Source: Nibricoccus sp.
GTDB lineage: Bacteria; Verrucomicrobiota; Verrucomicrobiia; Opitutales; Opitutaceae
DNA length: 64,000 bases
Assembly: GCA_047602425.1 (NCBI GenBank)
Contig: JASGHG010000001.1
Location: 1,312,001 to 1,376,000, forward strand
Reading direction: 5' to 3'
Position numbers and translations under genes: made by a program. The notes under the pieces are model-generated. The model saw nothing but the letters and a program-made list of their open reading frames with translations. It had not been told where the DNA came from and made no database searches. Position 1 is the first letter of the stretch; each line of letters opens with the position of its first letter. This document shows, piece after piece, positions 31,861 to 41,886 of this stretch.

Positions 31861-31884
31861 ACGACATAAGTTTTCGCAAAACTC

Positions 31885-31919
31885 AGCCGACAAACTTTCC
31901 GGACGTTTGTCGGCTTTTT
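31885..31919 (+). terminator. Intrinsic terminator after htpG
   Basis: AGCCGACAAAC-N9-GTTTGTCGGCT-TTTT. Confidence 0.85.
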
Positions 31920-31936
31920 ATTGTTTATAAATATGT

Positions 31937-31985
31937 TGGCTCATCAGCCATATTTTTAACTTGCAGTATGGCTCCACAGCCATAC
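31937..31985. promoter_or_regulatory. Two TGGCT-N4-AGCCA palindromes, candidate VapBC autorepression operators
   Basis: TGGCTcatcAGCCA (31937-31950) and GTATGGCTccacAGCCATAC (31966-31985) directly upstream of vapB. Confidence 0.6.
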
Positions 31986-31998
31986 GCTCAGCCTTGTT

Positions 31999-32262
31999 AT
32001 GAAAATGACGATGCACATTGACGAGGAGGTTTTGGATCGGGTGATGAAGATCACAGGCGCAAAAACCAAGCGAGAGGCGGTCGAGATCGCCCTCAAAGAC
32101 ATAGCGCGGCGTCACAAAATGAAAGAGCTGTTCACCGCTGGCCTCGGCCTGACCCCGGATGAATTAAAGGCGGCTTTTGCCAACGAGCCAGTTCCCGACG
32201 ACACAGCCCACATCCGCGTTGCCGAAGAAAAAGCGCCCTATGGCAAACCTGATCATTCCTGA
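31999..32262 (+). CDS. vapB: VapB-family antitoxin (ribbon-helix-helix)
   Basis: MKMTMHIDEEVL...TGAKTKREAVEIAL; overlaps the PIN-domain gene. Confidence 0.82.
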   Translation: MKMTMHIDEEVLDRVMKITGAKTKREAVEIALKDIARRHKMKELFTAGLGLTPDELKAAFANEPVPDDTAHIRVAEEKAPYGKPDHS

Positions 32263-32632
32263 CAGCAACGTTTTCATCAATGCTACCCGCGCCGGACTCG
32301 ACCCGTTCGTTGAGTTCGGCGCTCACGTTGAAGAATGGGAGTTCGCCACCTGCGGCATGATTGTCCTTGAGGTCACCCGAGGCCTGCGCTTCCCAAAAAT
32401 TCTCCAAAGTTTCCGCGAGCGCTTTGCCGTAATGATCTACATTTCTACCACCAACCAGATATGGGAACGCGCCGCACAACTCGCCTGGTCGCTCGACCGA
32501 CAGGGCATCACCCTGCCCGCACAAGACATCCTCATCGCCACCCATGCCCTCCATGCCGATGCCACCGTGCTCACCCACGATGCGCATTTCCAACATATTC
32601 CGGGACTTCGCGTTGTTGATCGGTTGACCTAG
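32240..32632 (+). CDS. vapC: VapC PIN-domain toxin
   Basis: DSNVFI, LEV, DILIA, THDAHF acidic PIN motifs. Confidence 0.88.
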   Translation: MANLIIPDSNVFINATRAGLDPFVEFGAHVEEWEFATCGMIVLEVTRGLRFPKILQSFRERFAVMIYISTTNQIWERAAQLAWSLDRQGITLPAQDILIATHALHADATVLTHDAHFQHIPGLRVVDRLT

Positions 32633-32660
32633 CGATGGTTTCACGCAGGATTTTGCCTGC

Positions 32661-34040
32661 ATGCCGCTCGTCTCGATCAACCCGACCACTGGACAGACGA
32701 TCCATCGCTTCATCGAACACTCGCGACAGGAAGTCGATCGCGTGCTGGAGCGGGCACACCGCAGTTTTCTCGCCTGGCGTGAACTGGCCGTGACGGATCG
32801 CGCACGTTTTCTGCGCAACACCGCAACCATTCTCAAGGCGGAACGCAACGCCCTCGCCGCGCTGATCACTTCCGAGATGGGCAAACCCATTACCCAAGCG
32901 CGCGCCGAAATCGAAAAATGCGCCGCCGCGTGCCTCTACTATGCCAAGCACGGGGCCAAATTTTTAAAAACCGAGCACCCGCCGGAAGCGCCGCGCGGCA
33001 CCAAAGTCGTCTATGAGCCGCTCGGCCCCGTTCTCGCGATCATGCCGTGGAATTTTCCGTTCTGGCAGACGTTTCGCGCCGCCGTGCCTGCTCTGTTGGG
33101 CGGCAACACCATTGTTCTCAAGCACTCCTCCAATACCTGCGGTTGCGGCCTCGCGATCGAGGAGGTCTTCAAGCGCGCCGGCCTCCCCGCGGGAGTTTTT
33201 CAGACTCTGCTGGTTGGTTCGGCAGCCGTGCCCCGTTTGATCGCGAGCGAACAAATTGCCGCCGTCACGCTCACCGGCAGCACCGCCGCCGGCAAGGAGG
33301 TCGCCGAACTGGCCGGCGCCGCGCTCAAGCCCTGCGTGCTCGAACTCGGTGGCAGCGATCCGTATTTGATTCTTGGAGACGCGAATCTCGCCCTAGCCGC
33401 CGAGATCTGCGCCACCGCCCGTCTGGTCAATTGTGGACAGAGCTGTATTGCCGCGAAGCGTTTTATCGTCGTCGAGTCCGTGCGCGCCGCCTTCGAAGAC
33501 CAACTCGTCTCGCGCATCATGGCGCACCGCGTCGGCGATCCTTTTCTCGCCGATACTGCGGTCGGCCCGATGGCGCGGGCCGATTTGCGCGACGAAATCG
33601 ATCGCCAAGTCCGACAGAGCGTCCGCCAAGGCGCCTGTCTGCTGCTGGGCGGAAATATTCCCGACGGCCCCGGATTTTTCTACGAACCAACCGTGCTCGC
33701 TCACGTTTCGAAGGGCATGCCGGCTTGCGACCAGGAACTTTTTGGTCCGGTTGCCGCCATTGTCCCGGTCGTGGACGAAGAAGCCGCGATCACGGCCGCC
33801 AACGACAGCCGTTTCGGCCTCGGAGCCGCCATTTTCACCCGCGACATCCGGCGCGGCGAAGAAATCGCACACGAGCGTCTGGATGCCGGCATGGTGTTTA
33901 TCAACGATTTCGTCCGGTCCGACGTCAGTCTGCCTTTTGGCGGTGTAAAACAGTCCGGTTTCGGCCGCGAACTCTCCGCCCACGGGATGCATGAGTTCTT
34001 GAATATCAAGACGATCTGGACAAGTTCCGCCAAGCGTTGA
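32661..34040 (+). CDS. NAD(P)-dependent succinate-semialdehyde dehydrogenase-like aldehyde dehydrogenase
   Basis: MPWNFPFWQ, LELGGSDP, GQSCIAAKRF, ELFGP, PFGGVKQSGFGRE. Confidence 0.88.
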   Translation: MPLVSINPTTGQTIHRFIEHSRQEVDRVLERAHRSFLAWRELAVTDRARFLRNTATILKAERNALAALITSEMGKPITQARAEIEKCAAACLYYAKHGAKFLKTEHPPEAPRGTKVVYEPLGPVLAIMPWNFPFWQTFRAAVPALLGGNTIVLKHSSNTCGCGLAIEEVFKRAGLPAGVFQTLLVGSAAVPRLIASEQIAAVTLTGSTAAGKEVAELAGAALKPCVLELGGSDPYLILGDANLALAAEICATARLVNCGQSCIAAKRFIVVESVRAAFEDQLVSRIMAHRVGDPFLADTAVGPMARADLRDEIDRQVRQSVRQGACLLLGGNIPDGPGFFYEPTVLAHVSKGMPACDQELFGPVAAIVPVVDEEAAITAANDSRFGLGAAIFTRDIRRGEEIAHERLDAGMVFINDFVRSDVSLPFGGVKQSGFGRELSAHGMHEFLNIKTIWTSSAKR

Positions 34041-34155
34041 CCGGTCGGGCAGACGGGTAAACTAGGCAGGGACCGATTTGTAACAAGCGGGTGACGCTGC
34101 GCTTTTGTGTCGTTTTACACGAGCCGACCCGTAGTTTCGCTGTCCCTTTTCAACC

Positions 34156-36330
34156 ATGACACGGCGCGCGAAAAAAATCCTGACCCCTCCCTCCGAGGAA
34201 CGTGTCGTGGAGCCGCGCAATACCGCGAGTCCCATCGTACCTGATTCCGCCAAGCCAGTTAAAGCGGCCTATTTCAATCGCGAACTCAGCTGGCTGGCCT
34301 TCGATCGACGCGTCCTCGAACAAGCCCAAAATCCCAAAGTCCCGCTGTTGGAGCGCATCAAGTTCCTCGCCATCGTCAGTTCCAATCTCGACGAATTTTT
34401 TGAAATCCGCGTCGCCGGCATCATCCAGCAGGTCGACTCCGACGTCACCGAATCGAGCATCGATGGACTCGGCCCGCGCGAGCAACTTCGCCGCATTCAC
34501 TCGGTCGTCGCTTCGTTGGTGGAGGACCAATATCAGTGTTGGCACGAGCAACTCGTCCCCGCTCTGGCCGAGGAGAACATACTCATCAAAACCGCCAAAG
34601 ATCTGACCAAGTCGGAACTGGCTTGGGTGCAGACGTATTTTTCGGAACAGGTCTACCCAGTGCTTACGCCGCTCGCACTCGATCAGTCGCATCCATTTCC
34701 CCAATTGGGCAACAAGACGCTCAATGTGGTCGTTTCGCTAGATAACCCTGAAACGTCAGAGGCCGAGAAAGCGGTCGCGCTTCTGCCCGTGCCCCGCATC
34801 CTTCCGCGGCTCGTCGCCATCGATCCCACCGCCGAGGGGCCGCAACGCTTCATCTTCCTCACCGAAATCATCAAGCTCTGCGCCGGCGAACTTTTCCCGG
34901 GTTACAAAATTCTCGGCGCCCACGCCTTCCGCGTCACCCGCAATAGCGACCTCTACATCGATGAGGAAGAAGCGGCCAATCTCCTCCAAAAAATCGAGGA
35001 GGAACTCCGCAATCTTCGTCGCGGCGCCGCCGTGCGCTTAGAGATAGAAGATGGTGTGGACGACAAAATCTTCGCCACCCTCTGCGAGCATCTCGATCTC
35101 TCGCACGAGTACGTCTTCCGCCTGAACGGGCCGATCAATCTCCTCCGGATCATGAGCCTGACGGAAATTCAGCGGCCCGATCTCAAGTACCCGCCTTTCA
35201 CGCCGGTCAATTGCACGCTACTCAAGCAAACCGAACGTATCTTCGACACCGTGCGCCAGCAGGACGTGCTGCTCCACCACCCGTACGATTCGTTCACACC
35301 GGTCGTGGATTTTGTCGAACAGGCCGCGCGCGATCCACAAGTCTTCGCCATCAAGCAAACGCTCTACCGCACCAGCGGCGATTCGCCCATCGTGCGCGCC
35401 CTCATCGAAGCCTCGCACAATGGCAAACAGGTCACCGCCTTGGTCGAGCTCAAGGCCCGTTTCGACGAAGCCAACAACATCCAGTGGGCTCGTCAGCTTG
35501 AGGAAGCTGGCGTACACGTGGTGTATGGACTGGTTGGGCACAAGACACATTGCAAATGCAGTCTCGTCGTCCGCCGCGAAGGCAAGGGAATGAAACGCTA
35601 CGCCCACCTCGGCACGGGCAATTACAACCCCCGCACCGCCAAGCTCTACACAGACCTGAGCTGCTTCACCGCCCGCGACGAGATTACTTCCGACGTCGCC
35701 AATCTTTTTAACTCGCTCACCGGCCTCAGTCGCGCGCCTGAATTCGAAAATCTCCTCGTCGCCCCGTTCAACCTGCACCGTCGCATCCAGGAATTGATCC
35801 AGCGCGAAACCGACAACGCCGCCGCCGGCCGCCCGGCCCGGATCATGGCGAAAATGAATTCGCTCGTCGACCGCGTCACCATCGACAACCTCTACGCCGC
35901 GTCGCAGGCCGGCGTAAAAATCGACCTCATCGTGCGTGGCATCTGTTGCCTGGTTCCCGGTGTGCGCGGGCTCAGCGAAAACATCCGCGTGCGCAGCATC
36001 GTCGGTCGTTTTCTCGAACATGCCCGCGCTTTCTATTTTGAAAACGATGGCGGCGGCGGACCTCGCATTTACCTCGGCAGCGCGGACTGGATGCCTCGCA
36101 ATTTTTTCCGCCGCATCGAAGTGGTCTTTCCCGTGCTCGATGCCGGCTTGCGTCGCTGGGTCAGCCAGGAACTTTTTGGCATCGAATTCCAGGACAACGT
36201 CGACGCCCGCGAACTGCATGCCAACGGCGCGTATCTTCCCGTCGCGCGTTCCTCGACGCAGCCTTCGTTTTCCACGCAAAACTACTTTGTCGCCGCCAGC
36301 GGCGAACGTTTGCGCAACAGTCTGGTTTGA
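34156..36330 (+). CDS. ppk1: Polyphosphate kinase 1
   Basis: [41 protein letters not shown]. Confidence 0.97.
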   Translation: MTRRAKKILTPPSEERVVEPRNTASPIVPDSAKPVKAAYFNRELSWLAFDRRVLEQAQNPKVPLLERIKFLAIVSSNLDEFFEIRVAGIIQQVDSDVTESSIDGLGPREQLRRIHSVVASLVEDQYQCWHEQLVPALAEENILIKTAKDLTKSELAWVQTYFSEQVYPVLTPLALDQSHPFPQLGNKTLNVVVSLDNPETSEAEKAVALLPVPRILPRLVAIDPTAEGPQRFIFLTEIIKLCAGELFPGYKILGAHAFRVTRNSDLYIDEEEAANLLQKIEEELRNLRRGAAVRLEIEDGVDDKIFATLCEHLDLSHEYVFRLNGPINLLRIMSLTEIQRPDLKYPPFTPVNCTLLKQTERIFDTVRQQDVLLHHPYDSFTPVVDFVEQAARDPQVFAIKQTLYRTSGDSPIVRALIEASHNGKQVTALVELKARFDEANNIQWARQLEEAGVHVVYGLVGHKTHCKCSLVVRREGKGMKRYAHLGTGNYNPRTAKLYTDLSCFTARDEITSDVANLFNSLTGLSRAPEFENLLVAPFNLHRRIQELIQRETDNAAAGRPARIMAKMNSLVDRVTIDNLYAASQAGVKIDLIVRGICCLVPGVRGLSENIRVRSIVGRFLEHARAFYFENDGGGGPRIYLGSADWMPRNFFRRIEVVFPVLDAGLRRWVSQELFGIEFQDNVDARELHANGAYLPVARSSTQPSFSTQNYFVAASGERLRNSLV

Positions 36331-36374
36331 CCAAATGATAGGGCTGGCAGCGGCAAATAAGGACCGCGATGGAA

Positions 36375-36797
36375 TCAGTTTTTCAGCACGGTCTTTTCCA
36401 CCCGCTTTACTGAAACGAACTTGGCGCGGAAAAGCTCATCCAAAACCTCGCGAGCGGCATTGGGAATACGCTTCACTAGTTCGTCAAGCGATGGCAGCGG
36501 AGTATCAGGCGCGCGTTCATCGTCGGGCGCGCTCCCGTTTGCGACCATCGCTCCGGTTGGCGCGGAACCTTCGGGCCAGACAAATCCTTCTTCGTCGGGA
36601 GGCGCACCATTTACTTCATTGGACTGGTTTGGCTCAGCCTTCGCCGTAGCCTCAGTCTCGGACTCTTCTTCTTCCACCCCTTGACCGCCAGCTTCCGATG
36701 TTTGGCTTCCCGTTTCCGGCCTTTGGTTCCCAGCGCCCGGCTTCTGCTCAGCCGCGATGGCGGTCCGCAATCTCAATTCCAATTCAGCAATCAGGTC
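36375..36797 (-). CDS. Probable C-terminal (tau-like) extension of DnaX in the -1 frame
   Basis: Open from the A10 run: [18 protein letters not shown]...[32 protein letters not shown]. Confidence 0.6.
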   Translation of the reverse strand, partial: DLIAELELRLRTAIAAEQKPGAGNQRPETGSQTSEAGGQGVEEEESETEATAKAEPNQSNEVNGAPPDEEGFVWPEGSAPTGAMVANGSAPDDERAPDTPLPSLDELVKRIPNAAREVLDELFRAKFVSVKRVEKTVLKN

Positions 36798-37945
36798 TTT
36801 TTTTTTTCGCCGTCGGCCGCCGAATCCGGGGCTTCCTCAGCCAGGGCGGAGAGTTCCTTGATCAAGCTGTCGATCGCGCGTGCGCGGCTGGCTTCGACAG
36901 CTTTGAGGAGTGTGACTTCGAAATTAATTTTCTCCGAAAGGCCAAGCTTCACGCTGCCTTCGCCTTCGCGGAGACCGTCGAGCAAACGCGTCAATTGCTC
37001 GGTCGTCATCGAGATATTCCCGAGTTTGTCGCTATGACCGCCCTTGGCGATCGCGTCGAGCAAAGCTTGCCGAACCAGCGCCTGGAGGTCAGTGAGCAGA
37101 CGCACCAGGTCACGGCCGTTCTCGTCGCAATCGTCAACGATTTCGACGATCTTCTGGTGATCGCCTGCGGCCAGGGCGCCGGCGAGCGCGGCGATTTTTT
37201 CGGCAGCCACCAAGCCATAGACGTCGAGGACGTCGGGCTCGTCGATTTCGGTGCCGCAGAAAGAAATCATCTGGTCGAAAATCGATTGGGCGTCGCGCAT
37301 GCCGCCGTCGGCCATGCGAGCGATGCAGGCGAGCGCGGCGTCGGTGACTTTTATTTTTTCCTCGGTCGCGATCTGCTTCAGTCGTTGCACGATCAATTCC
37401 GCCGAGATCGGCTTCAGGTCGAAGCGCTGGCAACGCGAGATGATGGTCGGCAGCACCTTTTGCACGTCAGTCGTCGCGAAAACGAATTTCACGTGCGGCG
37501 GCGGCTCTTCCAGAGTTTTGAGCAGCGCGTTAAAGGCCGCCGTCGAAAGCATGTGCACTTCGTCGATGATGTAGACCTTGAACTTGCCCTGAGTCGGCGC
37601 GTAGCGGACGTCGTCGCGTAGATCGCGGATTTGATCGACGGAGTTGTTGGAAGCGCCGTCGATTTCGATCACGTCCATCGAAGTGCCGTCGGCAATGGCT
37701 TTGACCACCGGGTCGTTTGGATCGAAGTTTGCGTTCGGGCCGTTCGTGCAATTGAGCGCTTTGGCGAAAATTCGAGCTGTCGAGGTCTTGCCCGTGCCGC
37801 GCGGACCGACAAAGAGGTACGCGTGCGCAATGCGGTTGCGCACGATGGCATTTTTTAGAGTCCGCATCACGTGGTCCTGCCCAACGACGTCATCGAACGT
37901 CTGGGGACGCCATTTACGGGCTATGACTTGGTAGGTTGCGGACAT
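36791..37945 (-). CDS. dnaX: DNA polymerase III gamma/tau subunit (0-frame product of gamma length, 384 aa)
   Basis: [47 protein letters not shown]. Confidence 0.97.
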   Translation of the reverse strand: MSATYQVIARKWRPQTFDDVVGQDHVMRTLKNAIVRNRIAHAYLFVGPRGTGKTSTARIFAKALNCTNGPNANFDPNDPVVKAIADGTSMDVIEIDGASNNSVDQIRDLRDDVRYAPTQGKFKVYIIDEVHMLSTAAFNALLKTLEEPPPHVKFVFATTDVQKVLPTIISRCQRFDLKPISAELIVQRLKQIATEEKIKVTDAALACIARMADGGMRDAQSIFDQMISFCGTEIDEPDVLDVYGLVAAEKIAALAGALAAGDHQKIVEIVDDCDENGRDLVRLLTDLQALVRQALLDAIAKGGHSDKLGNISMTTEQLTRLLDGLREGEGSVKLGLSEKINFEVTLLKAVEASRARAIDSLIKELSALAEEAPDSAADGEKKKT

Positions 37946-37958
37946 GCGGACTATAAAA

Positions 37959-38050
37959 AGCTGAAAGACTGAAGGACTGACGGACTGAAAAATCCAGCCT
38001 GCGTTTCGCAGATCGAAAAAAATTTAGCCTTCCAGTTTTTCAGCCTTTGG
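37959..38050. repeat. Octamer tandem (GACTGAAR-like) with an imperfect inverted counterpart between ffs and dnaX
   Basis: gctgaaag actgaagg actgacgg actgaaaa ... ccttccagtttttcagcc. Confidence 0.5.
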
Positions 38051-38060
38051 AAAAAAAAGT

Positions 38061-38156
38061 GGCCAGGCACTCCACGGCACTGGGAGAACGTCGTTGCCGT
38101 TGCTACCTTCCGGTCCTGGCGGAGTTCACGCGTCTGCCCATGCATGGCACCTGGCC
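38061..38156 (-). ncRNA. ffs: Signal recognition particle RNA (small bacterial type)
   Basis: Minus strand CCAGGACCGGAAGGTAGCA domain IV motif, terminal GGCCAGG/CCTGGCC helix, T tract, position upstream of dnaX. Confidence 0.93.
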
Positions 38157-38299
38157 GAGGCGAACAGTGCCCCGCTTCCGCGCCCCGGCAACAACTATTT
38201 TCAAGCTTATAACCGCCGTGGGCTTTGGAGTTTCGCCCACAAGCGCTTAAATTATGCAACCCCGTCAGGTTGCCAGCGTCATTTCAACTTCCCGCTTCG

Positions 38300-39517
38300 A
38301 TGAAAACTTCCATCTTCATCGCCTTTTTCGCCGCCACTGCGCTCTCCGCCTTCGGTGCCGATGCCACCGCCGGCAAAACCACGCCGCCGGAGAAAGCCAC
38401 CGCCTCGCTCAAGGGTAAAATCTATCCGGACGAACATAAAACCTTCGTCGCGCCCGAGTCCGGATTGGAAGTCATCCAACTCACGTCCGACCCCGCCGAT
38501 GACGCACATCTCTATTTTACCGGCGACGGTTTCGTGCCCGATGACCATGGACTCGTCTTCACCTCCAAGCGCACCGGCCGTTGGAATCTTTTCTACCTGA
38601 ATCTGGAAACCTTCCAGTTTGTACAACTCACAGACGGGAAAAAAATCAGCGGGACTGGCGCCGTCGTCTCGCCCGCCACCATGGAGGCGTATTTCCGCGA
38701 TGGCTCGGAAATCAAAGCCGTGCACCTCAAAACGCTCGCCGAGCGCACCATCACAACCGTGCCCAAGGGCTACAACGTCTCCACCCTTTCGGTCACGGTC
38801 GATGGCCGCTCCCTCGCCTACTCGATCCAGGAAGACATTCCGATCACATCAAAAACCGACAAAATCTATTCCGACATGGCGGAGCGGTTTCAAAAACGCC
38901 CTTGGAGCGCCGTTGTCACGGGCCGTACGGATGGCACCAACTGGCGTGAATCCATTCGCATCAAGAAATGGCTCAGCCACACGCTCATCAATCCGCTCAA
39001 CGAAAACATCATTCTCTATTGCCACGAAGGCTCGTGGGGCGACGTCGAACAACGCCTGTGGCTCATCAGCTCTGGCGGCCGCGACAATCATCCGCTTCGC
39101 CGTGAGGAAACGCCCGCGGTGAAGATTGGCCACGAATTCTGGTTTCGCGACGGCATCCATGTCGGGTATCAGGTGCAAGTCCCCGGGGAACCAAAATCCA
39201 TCGGCATCGCCGATATTCTTGACGGTTCCTATGTCGAACATCCGGCGCCCTACAATGACAGCCACGTGCAGGCCAACAGCACGGGCGAAACGTTCGTTGG
39301 CGACGGGTCCGAAAAGGAGCCGTACATCAATCTCTACCAACTCGCCAACGGCAAACTCACCGGCCGCCACCTCTGGAAGCATGAAGGCTCCTTCTCGCAA
39401 CAGCACTGGCATCCGCATCCACGCTTCTCGGCCGACGACAAATATGTGCTCTTTACCAGCTCACGCGGTGGCAATGGCAATGTCTACCTGATCAAGCTGG
39501 AAGAGCCAAAAAAGTAG
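38300..39517 (+). CDS. Secreted oligogalacturonate lyase-like (PL22) beta-propeller
   Basis: Signal peptide, HLYFT, YCHEGSW..VEQRLW, GHEFW, QQHWHPHPRFS. Confidence 0.78.
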   Translation: MKTSIFIAFFAATALSAFGADATAGKTTPPEKATASLKGKIYPDEHKTFVAPESGLEVIQLTSDPADDAHLYFTGDGFVPDDHGLVFTSKRTGRWNLFYLNLETFQFVQLTDGKKISGTGAVVSPATMEAYFRDGSEIKAVHLKTLAERTITTVPKGYNVSTLSVTVDGRSLAYSIQEDIPITSKTDKIYSDMAERFQKRPWSAVVTGRTDGTNWRESIRIKKWLSHTLINPLNENIILYCHEGSWGDVEQRLWLISSGGRDNHPLRREETPAVKIGHEFWFRDGIHVGYQVQVPGEPKSIGIADILDGSYVEHPAPYNDSHVQANSTGETFVGDGSEKEPYINLYQLANGKLTGRHLWKHEGSFSQQHWHPHPRFSADDKYVLFTSSRGGNGNVYLIKLEEPKK

Positions 39518-39527
39518 TCTTCGGCCC

Positions 39528-41792
39528 TCAAGCCATCCAGGTCTGACTCACCGGCGGAAGCGCGGAGCCAGTCGCGCTCGCGGTGAGCTTGAACTGGCGA
39601 ATGCCGGCCGGCAGTCGCAAAAGCACCGACGCAATTCCAGCCTCAGCAGCAATTTTAGCGGGACCGACAATTTCGGCACCGCCTTCTGCGACAAACGCAA
39701 TTTCGCCGGTCTCGCCCACGCAGAGGTTGCTCTTCGCGTCCAACCAGCTCGCATGCGCAAAAAGCAAATCGGATTCCTCTCCAGTGGCTGCCACCCCTTC
39801 GTTGTCGATGCGGAGTTGGATTTTCACCGGCGCACCGGCCGTGCCGACACCATGGGTGGCAACTTCCTTGCCGCCAATCAGGCCCACGGCTTCCAACCGG
39901 CCAGGCTCGAAGCGCGGAAGATCGAAAACGAACGGCGGATGCGGAAGAAACTGCGTTGAAATGGCCTTCGCCGGCGATTGACGTCCAATAACCGAACCAT
40001 TGAGACGAAGCTCCACTTCTTCGCAATTGCTGAAAATGAGCACGCGAAGATTCGACGACTCCAACCAGTCTGAAGCGATAAAAACGGACGGCCCGCCCGC
40101 CCAATTCGTCCCACCTTCGTCCGGATCGCGCTGACTGCGGTAGAAATGATATGAGTACTTGGGCAGACGAAAAACATCCATCACGCCGGTGGCCGCGCGC
40201 ACCGGGTGATAACCGCGCGCGTAGTCAAATACCGTCCATTGGCCGTCGAGCACGGCGGGCGACGAAAGCGTGTCGTTTAGGGCTACAATATGGTTCGTTG
40301 CCTGCTGGCGTTGACCGCGTTCGCCGGAGGAGCGGAATTGACGACTGTTGCTCCAGGCGGCGTGCAGACCCGCGCCCGTCTTTTGATCGAAGCCGTGATT
40401 GCAGGCGTAGAACTCCCAATCGCCATATTCGGCGACAACGAGCGCCTTGTCGGCGTTGCGCCAGCGATGCATTTCCCCGTGTTGACGCGAGTGAATGTAA
40501 ACGTCGTAGCGATCCATCCAGCCACAGGTGAACATCTGGTCGCCTGGCATCTCTTCGTGGCCGATTGCGTGCAGCCGAGCCATGAAATCCTCGGGCATAT
40601 CGGTCTCGTTGAGCGAAAGTTCCCAGAGCACGATACAGGGATGATTGCGATCGCGGCGGATGACGTCGCGGGCATTTTGGTAGCAGGCTTCGCGAAACTT
40701 TTCCCCACCGATAAACTGCCAGCCAGGGATTGCATTCATCACCACAAGGCCGAGTTCGTCGCAGGCATCGAGGAAATCGGGCGATTGGGGATAGTGCGAA
40801 AGACGGACGTAGTCGAAACCGGCTTCCTTGATTCGTTTCGCGTCGCGAACCTGGGCGGCGCGCGGAAGCGCATAACCAAGATAAGGATATTCCTGATGGC
40901 GATTAGTTCCGCGCAGTCGCACCCGGCGGCCGTTGATCACAAAACCGCCCGAGCGGGAAAACGCGATGCGCCGGACGCCAAAGCGTTCCGTGCGTTGGTC
41001 GAGCACCGCGCCGCCGGAATCCAGCACTGTCACTCGGACCTGGTAAAGCGAAGGTTTGAATGGGCACCAGAGCCGCGGGTTGCGCAACGTCAGTTCAATT
41101 TCCGCGTGGGCGGCCGCACCGGCGGCAAGAGCGAGCGCGGGACAACGGCCGGTGGCGGCAACTTCGCCGCCGAACAGAAATTCGACCACCACGACCGGCA
41201 TCTGATTGGTCGCGGACGTATTTCGCACGTGCGTTTTGACGGCAACAACGGCCTCCGTCTCGGAAGCGCGCAACGTTTTAACGAACAATCCACCACCGGC
41301 AACTTCTCCGGCCGCCACGGCATCGGTGATATGAACGGGCGGATAAACGCGCAGTTCCACTTCGCGGTAGAGCCCGCCATACCAGCAAAAATCGAGATCG
41401 GCGAAAGGCTTGCCGGGAGGCACGTCGAGGTTGTCCCGATTGTCGATCTTGATTGTGAGTTCGTGGGAGCGCCCGTCGTGCAAAGGCGCAGTGAGATCAA
41501 CTTCGAAAGGCAGATAACCGCCGCTGTGCCGTGCGATCGAAAGGCCGTCGACCAAAACTTCAGCCGTGTGCATGGCGGCGCCAACGTGCAACACGATGCG
41601 CGAGTCGGCCGCGGGCGGCGCGATTTGCACCGTACGTCGATACTCACAAATACCGAACCAATGGCCATGCCCATCGACATTCACCGTGGCAGCCGAGTGC
41701 GGCAGATCGACCTGCGCGGCGGGTTCTGCAACGCCCGAGGAGTTCAGGCGTCGGAAATTCCAACCGCGGTCCAGCTTGAAAATCTGCAACAT
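39528..41792 (-). CDS. GH2 beta-galactosidase
   Basis: GGYLPFE, GTNRHQEYP, RLSHYPQ, RDRNHPCIVLWELSLNE, AEYGDW. Confidence 0.9.
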   Translation of the reverse strand: MLQIFKLDRGWNFRRLNSSGVAEPAAQVDLPHSAATVNVDGHGHWFGICEYRRTVQIAPPAADSRIVLHVGAAMHTAEVLVDGLSIARHSGGYLPFEVDLTAPLHDGRSHELTIKIDNRDNLDVPPGKPFADLDFCWYGGLYREVELRVYPPVHITDAVAAGEVAGGGLFVKTLRASETEAVVAVKTHVRNTSATNQMPVVVVEFLFGGEVAATGRCPALALAAGAAAHAEIELTLRNPRLWCPFKPSLYQVRVTVLDSGGAVLDQRTERFGVRRIAFSRSGGFVINGRRVRLRGTNRHQEYPYLGYALPRAAQVRDAKRIKEAGFDYVRLSHYPQSPDFLDACDELGLVVMNAIPGWQFIGGEKFREACYQNARDVIRRDRNHPCIVLWELSLNETDMPEDFMARLHAIGHEEMPGDQMFTCGWMDRYDVYIHSRQHGEMHRWRNADKALVVAEYGDWEFYACNHGFDQKTGAGLHAAWSNSRQFRSSGERGQRQQATNHIVALNDTLSSPAVLDGQWTVFDYARGYHPVRAATGVMDVFRLPKYSYHFYRSQRDPDEGGTNWAGGPSVFIASDWLESSNLRVLIFSNCEEVELRLNGSVIGRQSPAKAISTQFLPHPPFVFDLPRFEPGRLEAVGLIGGKEVATHGVGTAGAPVKIQLRIDNEGVAATGEESDLLFAHASWLDAKSNLCVGETGEIAFVAEGGAEIVGPAKIAAEAGIASVLLRLPAGIRQFKLTASATGSALPPVSQTWMA

Positions 41793-41886
41793 GGGCGAAA
41801 AAATTCAGGTATGTTCGATTTAAAATTTAACTCTTTAATCTTTTGAGGTGCGAAGTTTCAGAGCGTTTCCATTTACTGGTGTCAGC

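Noticed and set aside
29992..31893. 633-aa ORF antisense to htpG
   Set aside because: Codon-bias shadow of a highly expressed gene
38157..38192. Alu-domain-like 5' extension of the SRP RNA (GCCGGGGCGCGG)
   Set aside because: No 3' pairing partner, since the RNA ends at a T tract right after the terminal helix; more likely promoter sequence
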